The position numbers were made by a program, and so were the translations under genes. From the NCBI RefSeq assembly GCF_009914755.1, contig NC_060941.1: a stretch of DNA of 64,000 nt; one strand, written 5' to 3'. This DNA comes from the human T2T-CHM13v2.0 reference genome, Homo sapiens. The notes beneath the pieces were generated by a model. The model was not told the origin of the DNA. It searched no databases and was given only the letters and a program-made list of their open reading frames with translations. This document shows, piece by piece, positions 13,168-26,983 of this stretch; position 1 is the stretch's first letter, and each line of letters opens with the position of its first letter.

Positions 13168-13789
13168 GCATGAAAGAACAGGTTCAAATGTCTAAGGTTT
13201 TACTTCAAGGAACTAATGGGAACTCAGGAATATTATATGATTTTTGTTAAAAATACTTTCTTTTACTTAGGATTCCTGTACTGACATCAGTAAAAAATAA
13301 ACTAAATGGGTCAGTTCTCCTTTTTTTAATTACAGAAATTTTCTAGTATTACATACTGATACAATTTCCAGAATTTCATCTCTACTTAAGCATCTCTCTC
13401 TCTCTTTCTCTCTCTCTCTCAATAATTAATGGAAAATGCAGATAAGGAGTGCTATTGTACTCACAGGGAAAGTTTTCTTGCATAAAACATAGCAAGCTCT
13501 AGTCAAAAATTAAAAGATTGAGAAATACGACTAAGTTAAATCCAACAACAAGAAGAATGAATCTCCAGTTTTTTTTATGTGAAACCTTACAGCTAATGAA
13601 GGAGTAACTACTGTAAATACTCCAGATAACAGAGAAGTAATGAAAAATGATATTCTTATATTCCAACTAGATGTGGAGTTAGAAGGCATATGTAAAAGAA
13701 AGGCTGCAGAAATTTTGAATTAAAAGAAAGCTAGAAAAAAGAAAATGAAGCAAACATTGCCCAAAAGAAATATGTGTAACTATATTAAG

Positions 13790-14046
13790 TTGCAAAGAAC
13801 AATACTAATTTTTGGAGACAGAAATAGATCAGTAATTGCCCAAAGTGATGAAGGTGGGATGGTGGTAGGGAAGAGTTTGACCGCAAAGGGAAATGGATGA
13901 ACATTCTGGGATGAAGGAAGTGATTAATGTCTTGATTTTGGTGGTATTGCACAGGTGCATAATATCTTAAAACTTCTTTGAGAGTTACACACTAGATGTG
14001 TTCATATCATTGGGTTTAAATTGTATCTTAATAAAGTTGATTTAAA
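13790..14046 (+). mobile_element. L1ME 3' end
   Basis: gacagaaatagatcagtaattgcc...tcttgattttggtggt...aattgtatcttaataaagttg. Confidence 0.7.
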
Positions 14047-14608
14047 GAGAGGAGAGAGAGATGACTTCTATTGTTTTAAGTAATTAAGAAAGAAAAGGCA
14101 AGTCAATGAGTGGGTGAAAAATGTTACATTACATATAATCAACAAGGAACTCATGTACAGGGTATATAAAGAAATTATATCATCATTAAGAAAGGAACAA
14201 CAAGCCCAAAAAAATAAGCAAGAGATTTCAAAATGTGCCTCACAAAAGGAGTGACCCAAATTGCAAGTAAGCTATAAAAAGTTGTTTAACCTCTGAGAAT
14301 ATTGCCATTTCAAACCACAGTGAGAAGCCATTACTCAGTCTTCAGAATTGCTAAAATTAAAACCAGACTGTAAAGTGATAAAAATTTTATATGCTGCTGG
14401 TGGGAATGTAAATTTGTTTAAATACGTAAATTGATAATTTGGAAAACTGGCATTATCTAATGAAGTTGAGGAACTGCATACCTTGTTACTAAGTAATTTC
14501 ATAACAACAGAGATGCATGCATGTATAGAACATTGAATATAAATAGGAATGTTTACCAGCAATATTTTTAAAACTAGAATAGAAAAAGTGGCTAACAAAG
14601 TATGGCAT

Positions 14609-15390
14609 TGTTATGGCCTCAATATCTGTGTTTCTCTAAAATTCATACATTGAAATCTTAACTCCCCGTGGGTTGGTATTTGGAGTTGGAGTCTTTGTGA
14701 TGTAATTAGGGTTAGATGAGGCAGTGAGAATGGAGCCCTTAAGATGAGATCTATGGCCATGTAAGAAGAGGCAAAAAGAGCATTGAGGAAAGGTCACCTG
14801 AGAACATAAGGAGGAGGCCACTCTGTGAAACAAAAGAAGAGAGCCCTCATTAGGAACCACATCAGCCAGCACCTTGATCTTGGACTTCCCAACCTTCAAA
14901 ACTGTGAGAAACAAATTTCTGTTGTTTAAACAGCCTGGACTATGATATTTTATTATAGCCCCTATATCAGTCCATTCTTGTGTTGCTATTACAAAAATAC
15001 ATGAGACTGAGTCATTTAACAGTTCTGCAGGCTGTACAAATGTGGGACCAGCATCTGCTTGGCTTCTGGTGAGGTCTCAAGAAGCTTTTACTCATTATGG
15101 AAGGTGAAGTGAGAGAAGGCACATCACATGGTGAAAAGCAGGAGCAAGACAGAGGAAGGTGAGGAGGGACTATACCTTTTTAAATAGCCAGATCTCAGGA
15201 GATCTCATTCACAAAAATTGCGAGGACAGCACCAAGGGAATAGTACTAACACACTTATGAGAAATTCTCCCCCATGATCCAATCACCTCTTACCAGGCCC
15301 CACTTCCACTACTGGGGATTACAATTCAGTATGACATTTTGGTGGGGACAAATATACAAACTAGATCAGTCCCTCAAGCTGACAAAGATG
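14609..15390 (+). mobile_element. MLT1A-type MaLR LTR interrupted by MSTB
   Basis: tgttatgg start; cagcaccttgatcttggacttccc; perfect 5-bp TSD ggcat at 14604-14608 and 15391-15395. Confidence 0.88.
14963..15368 (-). mobile_element. MSTB-type MaLR LTR
   Basis: cagttctgcaggctgtac, ccagcatctgcttggcttctggtgagg; TSD gcccc / gtccc. Confidence 0.88.
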
Positions 15391-15818
15391 GGCATATTGC
15401 TACAAGTGTACTATACAACTCTGAAAATAAAGAACAACATGGCTACATCTCACAAACATAATGTTGCATATACAAGAAGCTAAACAAAGAAGAATATATA
15501 TTATTTCATTTTAATTTATAGCAAAAGAGTAGTAAAAGTAAGTTATAATATTTAGGGAAGAAAATCCAGATATTAAAATAATGAAAAAGTGAAGAATGGT
15601 TTCATATAAAAGTTAGATAAAGATTACTTTTGTGTGGGAAGGAGGAGATAATGATTGGAAAAGAGCATCAAAAGGTTTCCAGGGTATTGTCAATATTCTT
15701 TTGCTTGAGTAGGGTTGTGGTTGCATGGTCTCAACTTTGTGATGAATCCCCAAGTTTTATATGTCAGGCATATTTTCTGTGTATGTCATAAGAAAAAGGT
15801 GAAAAGAATAAAACAAAG

Positions 15819-16011
15819 TGTGATGGTTAATATTGAGTGTCAACTTGATTGGCTTGAAGGATGCAAAGTGACGTTTCTGGGTGTGCCTGCGAGGATGTTG
15901 CCAAAGGAGATTAACATTTGAGTCAGTGGACTGGGAAAGGCAGACCCACCCTCAATCTGGGTGGCCACAGTCTAGTCATCTGCCAGCCCACCCAGAATAA
16001 AAGCAGGCAGA
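15819..16011 (+). mobile_element. MLT2A (HERV-L LTR), 5' part only
   Basis: tgtgatggttaatattgagtgtcaacttgattgg...aaaggcagacccaccctcaatctgggtgg. Confidence 0.9.
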
Positions 16012-16623
<612 letters not shown>

Positions 16624-19240
16624 TTATCACTTTATAAATTCCACTGCAATGATTTTCAGTCCAGTAGCTTGTGCCTTCTAAATTAATGTCAGAATTAGAT
16701 TTTTCTTTCTGATAATATTCAGGTTGAATTGCGATGAATTCTAAGAGAAACTACATTAGTCTATGGCAAATTATTCTCAGGCTATATGAAGTGTGTCATT
16801 CTTTTTCCCAAGCAGAGTTGATTTTATTCAATATGGCATATCTCAATGCTTTTAAAATCCAAGGGGAAATTATATTTTAAATTACTTAAGGGAAAAAAGC
16901 AGCATTGATTGACATCAAGGATTAACTGTTCCTACATAAGTTAATTTATTTTAAAAATGTGAAATATCTCTGTGCTGATGTTGGTGTTTGACTTACAACT
17001 CAAATGTTACAGGTATATTTTGTGAACATTATGCAAATGATGACCCAGAATTAATCAGCTAATAACATTTATGAACCATTGTAAAAACATTAATTGACTA
17101 ATTAATTCGACAATATAGAAAGTTTTACATGGCAAATACGACATTCTTGCACTGTCAAGCTGTTTCCTGGAGTAGTGCTAAAAAATAAAAGGCATTAATT
17201 TAAACAGCAATTGAAAAAGTGTATATTAATCTCTTTCTCTGTGTAAGAATCTGCAGTGAACTCAGTAAGCAAAAAAAGATACACAAAACAGACTTCTCCC
17301 CAGTGGTTCACAATGCAGTCTTGAGAATAAACACAATTGATAATGTCCAGAATTGCACCACTATATACTTATGTAGTACTTTAAGTGTTTTACAATTTCT
17401 GATGTTATATAAAATAACCCCACAGAGCCCAGGGATTAGGGAAGTTACATCTTTGGGAGAATCATTTTTCTGCCAACCAAAGAGGGGTAGCAAGTAGATG
17501 ACATAACTTTCTTAAATTATCCCTCTCCCTTGTTAAGGAGAGATACGTTGCCTAAGAGCCTCAGGCAGTCTTTCTATTGTAAGCCATTTACCAGATCTCT
17601 AGATCTGGCATCCCCAAAATGCAAGGGAGATGGAGAAAGCCATTTTCTAGCTTTTTCATCTTCTATAGCAGGAGGCATACAACACAGGTGTAAATCTACC
17701 CCCAGGATCTATTATACAGTGGTTTTTCATGGTTTGTTTTCCCAGAAGAAAATAACAGAAACATGTTGTAAATATTTAAGTAGCCAAACTCTTTTTTATG
17801 TCTGGCCTTTCAACAGATTCAGTCACATATGTAATGTCTCAGGAAATAAAATATTTACAAATTTTCCCTGAAACAGCATCCTGAAGGTGCACTCCAGCCT
17901 ACTGAAAAATAAAGAGGGATGGCTAACAGTAAATTAGGTTGAGAATTTACTATGTGTGGAAACTGTTCCAAGTGATTAATCTGTTTAATTATCACCATAC
18001 TTTTATAAGGTAGATATTATACTTACTTTCATTTGCAGGTAAAAAAAAAAGGACAGAAAGATTAAATCATTTATTAGCTCCTATTTAGAACTGATATAAG
18101 AATTCACCAAAGATTCCGTATACAAAATAAATGTATACAAAGCAGTAGTTCTTCTATACACCAACATAGACCAAGCTGAGAATCAAATCAAGAACTCGAC
18201 CCCTTTTACAATAGCTGCAAAAAAACAAAAGCAAACAAACAAAAAATAACTTCGGAATACACCTAACCAAGGAGGTGAAAGACTTCTACAAGGAAAACTA
18301 CAAAACACTACTGAAAGAAATAGATGACACAAACAAATGGAAACACATCCCATGCTCATGGATAGATAGAATCAATATTATGAAAACGACCATACTGCCG
18401 AAAGCAATCTACAAATGCAATGCAATTCCCATCAAAATACCACCATCATTCTTCTTAGAATTAGAAAAAGCAATTCTAAAATTCATATGGAACCAAAAAA
18501 GAGCCCTCATAGCCAAAGCTAGACTAAGCAAAAAGAACAAATCTGGAGAAATCACATTACCTGATTTCAGACTATACTATGAGGCCATAGTCACCAAAGC
18601 ACTGGGACTTAATTACACTAAAGAGCTTTTACACGGCAAAAGGAACAGTCAGCAGAGTAAACAGACAACCCACAGAGTGGGAGAAAATCTTCACAATCTA
18701 TACATCTGGCAAAGAACTTATATCCAGAATCTACAACAAACTCAAACAAACCAGCAAGAAAAAAACAATCCCGTCAAAAGTGGCTAAATACATGAATAGA
18801 CAATACTGAAAAGAAGATATACAAATGGCCAACAAACATATAAAACATGCCCAACTTCTCTAATAATCAGGGACATGGAAATCATAACCACAATGCAATA
18901 CTGCCTTACTCCTGGAAAAATGGCTATAATCAAAAAATCAAAAAATTGCAGATGTTGGCATGGATGCAGTGAACAGGGAACACTTCCACACTGCTGGTGG
19001 GAATATAAACTAGTACAACCACTATGGAAAATAGTGTGGAGATTCCTTAAAAAACTAAAAGTAGAACTACCACTTGACCCAGCAGTTGCACTACTGGATA
19101 TCCACCCAGAGGAAAAGAAGTCATTATATGAAAAAAAATACTTGCACACACGTGTATAGCAGCACAATTTGCAATTGCAAAAACATGGAACTAACCCAAA
19201 TGCCCATCAACCAATGAGAGGATAAAGAAACTGTGGTATA

Positions 19241-19546
<306 letters not shown>

Positions 19547-19560
19547 AAAAAACTGTGGTG

Positions 19561-19644
19561 TATATATATATAATCGTACATATATATATATAATTATATA
19601 TATAATCATATATATATATTCCATCATATATATATGATGGAATA
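19561..19644. repeat. TA-rich tract ending in a perfect 28-bp palindrome
   Basis: tattccatcatata|tatatgatggaata at 19617-19644. Confidence 0.9.
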
Positions 19645-20028
19645 CTACTTGGCCATAAAAAGGAATGAATTAATGGCATTCACAATGACCTGGATGAGAT
19701 GAAGACAATTATTCTAAGTGAAGTAACTCAGGAATGGAAAACCAAACATTGTATGTTCTCACTCAGAAGTGGGAGCTAAGCTATAAGAATGCAAAGGTGT
19801 AAGAAAGACACAGTGGACTTTGGGGACTCAGGGGGAAAGGGCGGGAAGAGGGTGAGGCATGAAATACTGCAAATAGGATTCCGTGTATATCACTCAGGTG
19901 ATGTGTGCATGAAAATCTCACAAATCACCACTAAAGAACTTTCTCATGCAACCAAACACCTCTGGTTCCTCAATAACCTATGGAAATTTAAAAAAAAATT
20001 AAAAAAGGAAAGGTTAAATCATTTCTTT

Positions 20029-21395
20029 TTCTTTTATACTTTAAGTTCTGGGGTACATGTGGAGAATGTGCAGGTTTGTTACATAGGTATACATGTGCCA
20101 TGGTGGTTTGCTGCACCCATCAACCCATCATCTACATTAGGTACTTCTCCTAATGTTATCCCTCCCCTAAGTCCCCACCCTCTGATGTGTGATGTTCCCT
20201 GCCCTGTGTCCGTGTGTTCTCATTGTTCAACTCCCACTTATGAGTGAGAACATGTGGTGTTTGGTTTTCTGTTCTTGTGTTAGTTTGCTGAGAATGATGG
20301 TTTCCAGCTTCATCCATATCCCTGCAAAGGACATGAACTCATCCTTTTTTATGGCTGCATAGTATTCCATGGTGTATATGTGCCACATTTTCTTTATCCA
20401 TTCTATCATTGATGGGCATTTGGGTTAGTCCCATGTCTTTGCTATTGTGAATAGTGCTACAGTAAACATTCATGTGCATTTGTCTTTATAGCAGAGTAGC
20501 AGAGTGATTTATGATCCTTTGGGTATATACCCAGTAATGGAATTGCTGGGTCAAATAGTATTTCTGGTTCTAGATCCTTGAGGAATTGCCACACTGTCTT
20601 CCACAATGGTTGAACTAATTTACACTCCCACAAACAGTGTAAACGTGTTCCTATTTCTCCACATCCTCTCCAGCGTCTGTTGTTTCCTGACTTTTTAATG
20701 ATCGTCCATTCTAACTGGGGTGATATGGTATCTCATTGTGGTTTTGATTTGCATTTCTCTAATAACCAGTGATGATGAGCTTTTATTTGTATGTTTGTTG
20801 GCCGCATAAATGTCTTCTTTTGAGAAGTGTCTGTTCCTATCCTTCGCCCCGTTTTTGATGGGGTTGTTAGTTTTTTTTCTTGTAAATTTGTTTAAGTTTC
20901 TTATAGATTCTGGATATTAGCCTGTTGTCAGATGGATAGATTGCAAAAATTTTCTCCCATTCTCTAGGTTGCCTCTTCACTCTGATGATAGTTTCTTTTG
21001 CTGTGCAAAAACTCTTTAGTTTAATTAGATCCCATTTGTCAATTTTGGCTTTTGTTGCCATTGTTTTTGGTGTTTTAATCATGAAGTCTTTGCCGATGCC
21101 TATGTCCTGAATGGTATTGCCTAAGGTTTCTTCTAGGGTTTTTATGGTTTTAGGTCTTATGTTTAAGTCTTTAATCCATCTTGGGTTAATTTTTGTATAA
21201 GGTGTAAGGAAGGGGTCCAGTTTCAGTTTTCTGCATATGGCTATCCAGTTTTCCCAACAACATTTATTAAATGAGGAATCCTTTCCCCATTGCTTGTTTT
21301 TGTCAGGTGCTGATACCAAAGCAGATATATAGAACAATGGAACAGAACAGAGGCCTCAGAAGTAACACCACACATCTACAATCATTTGATCTTAG
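20029..21395 (-). mobile_element. L1PA (PA7-like) 3' end with short 5' inversion
   Basis: ORF2 peptide in ORF 20867-21337 (KNKQWGKDS...[13 protein letters not shown]); plus-strand segment 21309-21393; perfect 18-bp TSD aggttaaatcatttcttt. Confidence 0.95.
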
Positions 21396-21556
21396 AGGTT
21401 AAATCATTTCTTTAAGGTCACACAGTTATAAGTAATAAAGATTCAAATCTAGCAATTCTAGGTTCAAAACTCATAGTCTTAATCATAAAAGTATAATGCT
21501 TGGTAAAATTTTTTGGTGCCTGTAAAATTACCAAATAAAAACTAGAAGATATTTGG

Positions 21557-21919
21557 TGCTATGGTCTGAATGCTTTTGTTCCTCCAAAATTAATGTTGAA
21601 ATCTAATCCTCATTGTGGCAGTATTAAGAGGTGGGCCTTCAGCAGGTGATTAGGTCACATGGGGACCACCCCCATAAATGGGATTAGTGTCCATACATAA
21701 GAGGCTTGAGAAAGCTTACTGTTCCTTCCATCATGTGAGGACATAGCCTTTTGCCCTCTTGTCATGTGAGGACACCGTGAGAAGGCACCATCTTTGAAGG
21801 ATAGAGTGAGGCCTCACCAGGCACTGAATCTGCTGCCACCTTGAACAGTAAATTAAAGTTACTGCTGTAAATTTATAAATTACCTCGACTAAGATATTTT
21901 GTTATAACAGCCTGAGACG
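21557..21919 (+). mobile_element. MSTD/MLT1A-type MaLR LTR
   Basis: tgctatggtctgaatg start; catgtgaggaca twice; tattttgttataacagc end. Confidence 0.85.
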
Positions 21920-23934
21920 GCTGGCAATTGGATATATTCAGTGTGTATTTAAGAGGTGAGGTCTGGGCTGGAGATAGAGAGTTTAAAATATGGAACCCTT
22001 TGCAGATAAGCATCTAAGGGAAGCTGATGGCAAGAGTATGGAAGGAACATAACAAGCTAGAAATTGGGAAGCAGAGTGCAGTACTGGAGATCATTTAAAA
22101 AAAATGAGAAAATGGCATAGCAAGTATCAACTCAGAAGTTGGGTAGGCTCAGAAGTAACAAGAGTACAAAGAATTATATCCAATGGCTTTGGGAGGCCAG
22201 AGGCCAAAAATAAACCTTTGGTAACCCCCAAAATACATCAGAAAAATGATAAAAGGAGACATAGGAACAAGAATTAATGCCAGCAATCAGCAATTGCACC
22301 ACCTACACTCACGTAGTACTTTAAGTATTTTACGATTTCTAATTCTCTTCCATTTTTTTCCTCAACTAAATGAGTATAAAATGTGAAAGGAAAACAAATA
22401 TCTCCTTGTTCATTCTAGGAGCTTGTGTCTGCTTCTTATTAAGGTAGTAGCCTGATGTTCACAGGGGGAGAGAATTGAAAACACCTATCTCTACAGCCAA
22501 AATAGTCACTAAACATGAACAGTTTTGGAAATACGCCTTTCACCATAGGAGAAATACAACATTTGAAAGCATACTGATCTATATAACTTGCCATTGAGGA
22601 AAACCCTGGAGATTCTTCAAGTTGTTATTGCTGCTTCTGTTTTAACTGAAATCTTGCTTTGTATTAATACAACGGTCAGAAATGGCCTTCTAGTTCACTT
22701 AACACTGTAACATGGTCATCTTTCCATGTCCATCCATATAATTCAGTATCTTCTTAATAAAATCAGCACTTTTAATTCCTCCTAAAAGTCCTGTAGGAAA
22801 GCCTGCTTCATATTCTGGTTCATGCATTAAGAACAGTTAGAAGCATTCAGTTATCAATGGACTTGCATATGGAACATTTCAGACACTCTTTGGACTTTTC
22901 TGCCATGTTTTATTAACGTTAACTCCCAGTATTATGTTAGAATAGATTTCATTTTCTCTTTATGTCAATTACATTGACTGACAGCTGCAATGAGTTTCTT
23001 AGTAACACCTAGGGGATGCTTAGGTTTCCTGCTTTACTATTCTTCCAAATATTGAGAACCTGTCATTAAAAAGTCATTTATCTTTCTTTTCTGCTGATGA
23101 AGACCATTTTACTGTTTACCTCACATTTAATTTGCCAAATACAATAAGACTTCAGATTTTGCAACCACTGATACCATGGATTTTTAAAGTTTTTTTTTTA
23201 GTTATAATCTTGAGTTCGCAATGAGAGATAGTTAAGATAGTTAAGATTTTTTCATAAGTTCTATGATGGCTATTTTCTCTGTCTATATGAAGTCAAACAA
23301 CTTTTGTAAGTATTGTTAATAAATGACTAATTATGGAAATGTACCAAAATTGCAGGCTATAGGCTCAGATTTGGGATTTCTGGAAACAGAATTAATCATA
23401 AATAACTGACCTATACACATCTATAAAGATTTACCTTTATACTTGGATTGTATGCCAAGTATTTACTTTGAAAATAATTTGAGAAGTTAAACTACAAATT
23501 TGTTTCCTTGAGGCCTAAGTGTTCCAAGAAGGTATTATTCAACCTTATTCTCAAGCTCTCAGAATCTACTTATCCACCCCGATATCCCTTTGCAGAGCTT
23601 ATATTTATTTTTCTTTGCTGCTGAATGAGAATATCTCTAATGTTACATTCTTCTGTCCCACATGCTGGACCTCGTTGTTTAACTAATACGTCTATCATTG
23701 TGGATGAAAAACCTAATGGCTGAGCATCAAAGGAGGAAGGCATTTTCAGGAAAGGAAAAAAAGGTTATGGAAAGAGAAAATGCAGCAGGAAGTATTATAA
23801 AAGTAATGTTCTAACAGACATGTATAGTGTTCCAGATATTCCTAAGACAAGTTATTGTTCAATTAATGTTATATTTCTTTCCTCTTTTTTGTTTTTCTAG
23901 TTGTACACAGCACAACTCTGAGGAGTTTAAACTA

Positions 23935-24115
23935 ACCAGTTACGTGAACTTTGGCAATTTACTGTAACTGATCTGCGACTCACTTCCTTTATCTGAAAGA
24001 AAGAATGGGAAAATAAGTGTAACTACCCTGTTCTTTTATGAGGAATAATATATAACTAGATTATTATATGTAAAGTACTTAGGACAGTGCTTACATATAG
24101 CAAGCACATAATCCT
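23935..24115 (+). mobile_element. MIR
   Basis: gtgaactttggcaattt...tatgtaaagtacttaggacagtgc. Confidence 0.7.
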
Positions 24116-24175
24116 CATTGCATGCAATTGACATAAAAAAATCAATCAACACAGGCTATTCCAGGATAGTTTTCT

Positions 24176-24641
24176 TTTTTAAAAAATAAATTTTAAGTTC
24201 AGGGATACATGGCGTGGGTTTGTTACATAGGTAAACTTGTGTCATGAATGTTTGTTGTACAGATTATTTCATAACCCAGGTATTAAGCTTAGTACCCATT
24301 AGTTATTTTTCCTGATCCTCTCCCTCCTCCGCTCTCCTGTGTGTGTTGTTCCGTTTATGTGTCCATGTGTTATCATTTAGTTCTCACTTATAAGTGAAAA
24401 CATGCAGTACTTGGTTTTCTCTTCTTTCATTAGTTTGCTAAGGATAATGGCCTCCAACTCCAACTACATTCTTGCAAAGGACATGATCTCGTTAATTTTT
24501 ATGGCTGCATATTTTTCTATTATAAAGACACATGCACACGTATGTTCATCGCAGCACTATTCACAGTAGCAAAGGCACGGGATCAACCTAAATCCTCACC
24601 AATGATAGACTGGAAAATGAAAATGTAGTGCTTATACACCA
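24176..24641 (-). mobile_element. L1PA13-16-type 3' end with 5' inversion
   Basis: ttgttgtacagattatttcataacccagg 3' UTR; strand flips at ~24512; TSD caggatagttttc / cagaataattttc. Confidence 0.9.
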
Positions 24642-24764
24642 GAATAATTTTCATTTTTCAATTCAAATTATTTTAAACTCAATTTGGCATTTTTTGACAT
24701 AGGATATATAGTCCTCTAATTATAATCTGATAAGTATAAAATACAGGAGCAAACATAGTAATTA

Positions 24765-25200
24765 TGCTAGTTCTTCATTTCTCATCTCTGCTCCTCAGAT
24801 TCATTCCCCACCCTTGCAGGCTCTATTTTATGCAAAAAGATATAGAACACTGTCGCATACATCACCTGAATTCCCTGGAAACCTGGCTCCCATTGTGCCT
24901 GGAAAATGAAAGTCACCAGCAGCAGATCACAAAAGGGAGGAGAGAGAGGTTGGGACAATCCCCTCCCCTACCCCACCGCTTCTTCTCTTCCTTAGCATTG
25001 TCTCTGGCAAGCAGAGGCAATCAAGACTACAGTCTAGCTGAGAGTCACCTCTTCCATAATTCCAGTTTGGCTCCTCTGACACTATTTTCTTTCTGGTATC
25101 TTCTGCTGTTTAGGTGAAACCAGCTTCATAGAGCTTCCATACTTACCTGTATGAAGTACTCAGTTTAAATTATCTTCCTTTAAGTCACCTGGAACACATT
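24765..25200 (+). mobile_element. LTR33-like ERVL LTR
   Basis: ctcagattcattccccaccctt...caccagcagcagatcac..gggaggagagagagg. Confidence 0.5.
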
Positions 25201-25989
25201 ACATCTTTACTCTTCTATTTTAATATGGTATGACTATGTAATTGCTTTCATATTGTAGTGCCAAGACTTATAGACAAGTGATTTTTAAATCTATGATCAA
25301 ACATGTTTTCCAGTTGCCAATTACTGTTTGAAAACACACACTTGGCCTTCTTCTATTCCAATCACTGTAAATGAATAAAATGTGTTTGCAAACAAACATC
25401 CTTCAAGTAAAAGTGCTGAATTAATTATACTTATGATTTATAATTATGCATACAGGTCAGCCTGGCAAGGGTATAAGCCCAAGAGTGACAACTAGTCAAT
25501 GTAGAGAGGGGTGTCATAAGAACAAAAATCCAGTTATAGAAATAGAAAAAAAGGATAGTCAGTAGATAGTATCTAGCAGGCATGGTATACCACGGGTATA
25601 AATCCTGAGAGAAAGGGGTATTGAGGAAACTATACATAATAATAGATGACAGGTGGGCAGAGCCTTAAAAAGGTAACAATACTGAAGATGAACAGTATTT
25701 TGCTATGAAAGGTGGTAGAAAATGGCCGAAGAGAAATTTGTCAGTAGGTCTTCAAGTTCACCCATTAGGAAGTCAAGAACTGAGATCTGGCCTCTGGACC
25801 TTGGAAGGAGGTTGTCAAATGGAAGGCAAACACCTTGGCATTTATGAAGTGTCCATATTCCAAAGAATGGGAGAAAGAGAGTGTGAGAACAATCCAGGGG
25901 CCCACTTTCCAGAACAGGAATTCAAGATTACAGAAAACAGAGACATACATCATAATTATGCAGTGAAACAAATTATCAAAAAGTGAATG

Positions 25990-26983
25990 TTTCCAATTAA
26001 CCTCCACCAAAGTAAAAAATCAGAGCATTTCCAGCACCATAAAAAACTCCAGCTCCTCCCTAATCACTATGCTCCCTTCCAATATTCCCACATCTAACAA
26101 TATAAATTAAGATGGCCTGTTTTGAATTTTATACAAATGCATTCCTGAAATATATATTATTTTGCATGTAGCTTATTTTATCAAATATTACATTGTGATA
26201 AGAATCCATGGCATAGCATGCAGGTGCAATCAACTCCTATACAGTGCTACATAATATTCCATTATATGACTATATAATATTCCATTATATCCCATTATAT
26301 CATTATATGATACAATTTGTTTATGCATTTTTAACTGTTCCACTACTGATGAACAGTTTCTACACTTTGGAGCTATTAAGAATATAATGTTTTTATAAAA
26401 TCATTTTATATAAATTTTTATTTAGTTATATCTATTGTGCACACATGAATAGAATGATTGGGTCATAACATATGCACATGTTGAACCACAATAGATAAAC
26501 AGTTCTCTCAATGGATGTACTAATATCTCCTCCCACTAACAGTACATGAATGCTGTCAGTTTGCTTCCTTGCTGGGATTTTTGTTGCTCTTTTTTTTTTT
26601 TTTTGATGAAATATTCCGATAAGTTTGTAGTGGTATCTCATAATTTGTCACTATAATTTGTAATTTTAACTAGTGTGTGTCAAATAATAAACGAAAATGA
26701 ACAACTTTCACAGTGTGATTGGACACTTGAACCTCCTGTTTTGTTTTTGAAGTGCCTGCTCAAGTCACTTACCCATTTTTCTATGGTATTGCCTTTCTTT
26801 TCTTTACTAATTAGTGTAAGTCCTATATATGTGTTGCATATGTAAGCCTTGTCATTTATTTGTGTTAAAATATACATTTTACCATTCTGTAGCTTGCCTT
26901 TGAGCCCTCTTAATAGTGTAGTCTAATAAACATGTATTTTTAATTTAAATTTAATTCAGTATTTCAACTGTTTTATTTTGTGA
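25990..26983 (-). mobile_element. L1ME 3' region
   Basis: gcatttccagcacc, ataatattccattatatg, ttgtagtggtatctcat motifs. Confidence 0.7.

Larger units (their letters stand above)
14090..15810 (+). mobile_element. L1ME 3' region split by nested LTRs
   Basis: tgctgctggtgggaatgtaaatt and other degenerate ORF2/3' UTR motifs on both sides of the LTRs. Confidence 0.6.

Noticed and set aside
17591-17608. ccagatct-ct-agatctgg inverted repeat
   Set aside because: 8-bp arms are compatible with chance
18275-18787. 170-aa ORF
   Set aside because: L1PB ORF2 fragment fused out of frame across an internal deletion
21731-21774. Repeated tcatgtgaggaca
   Set aside because: Internal repeat native to MST/MLT1A-type LTRs
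23875-23905. Strong polypyrimidine tract plus AG (similar site at ~6615-6638)
   Set aside because: No convincing exon or donor follows; such sites are common in T-rich DNA
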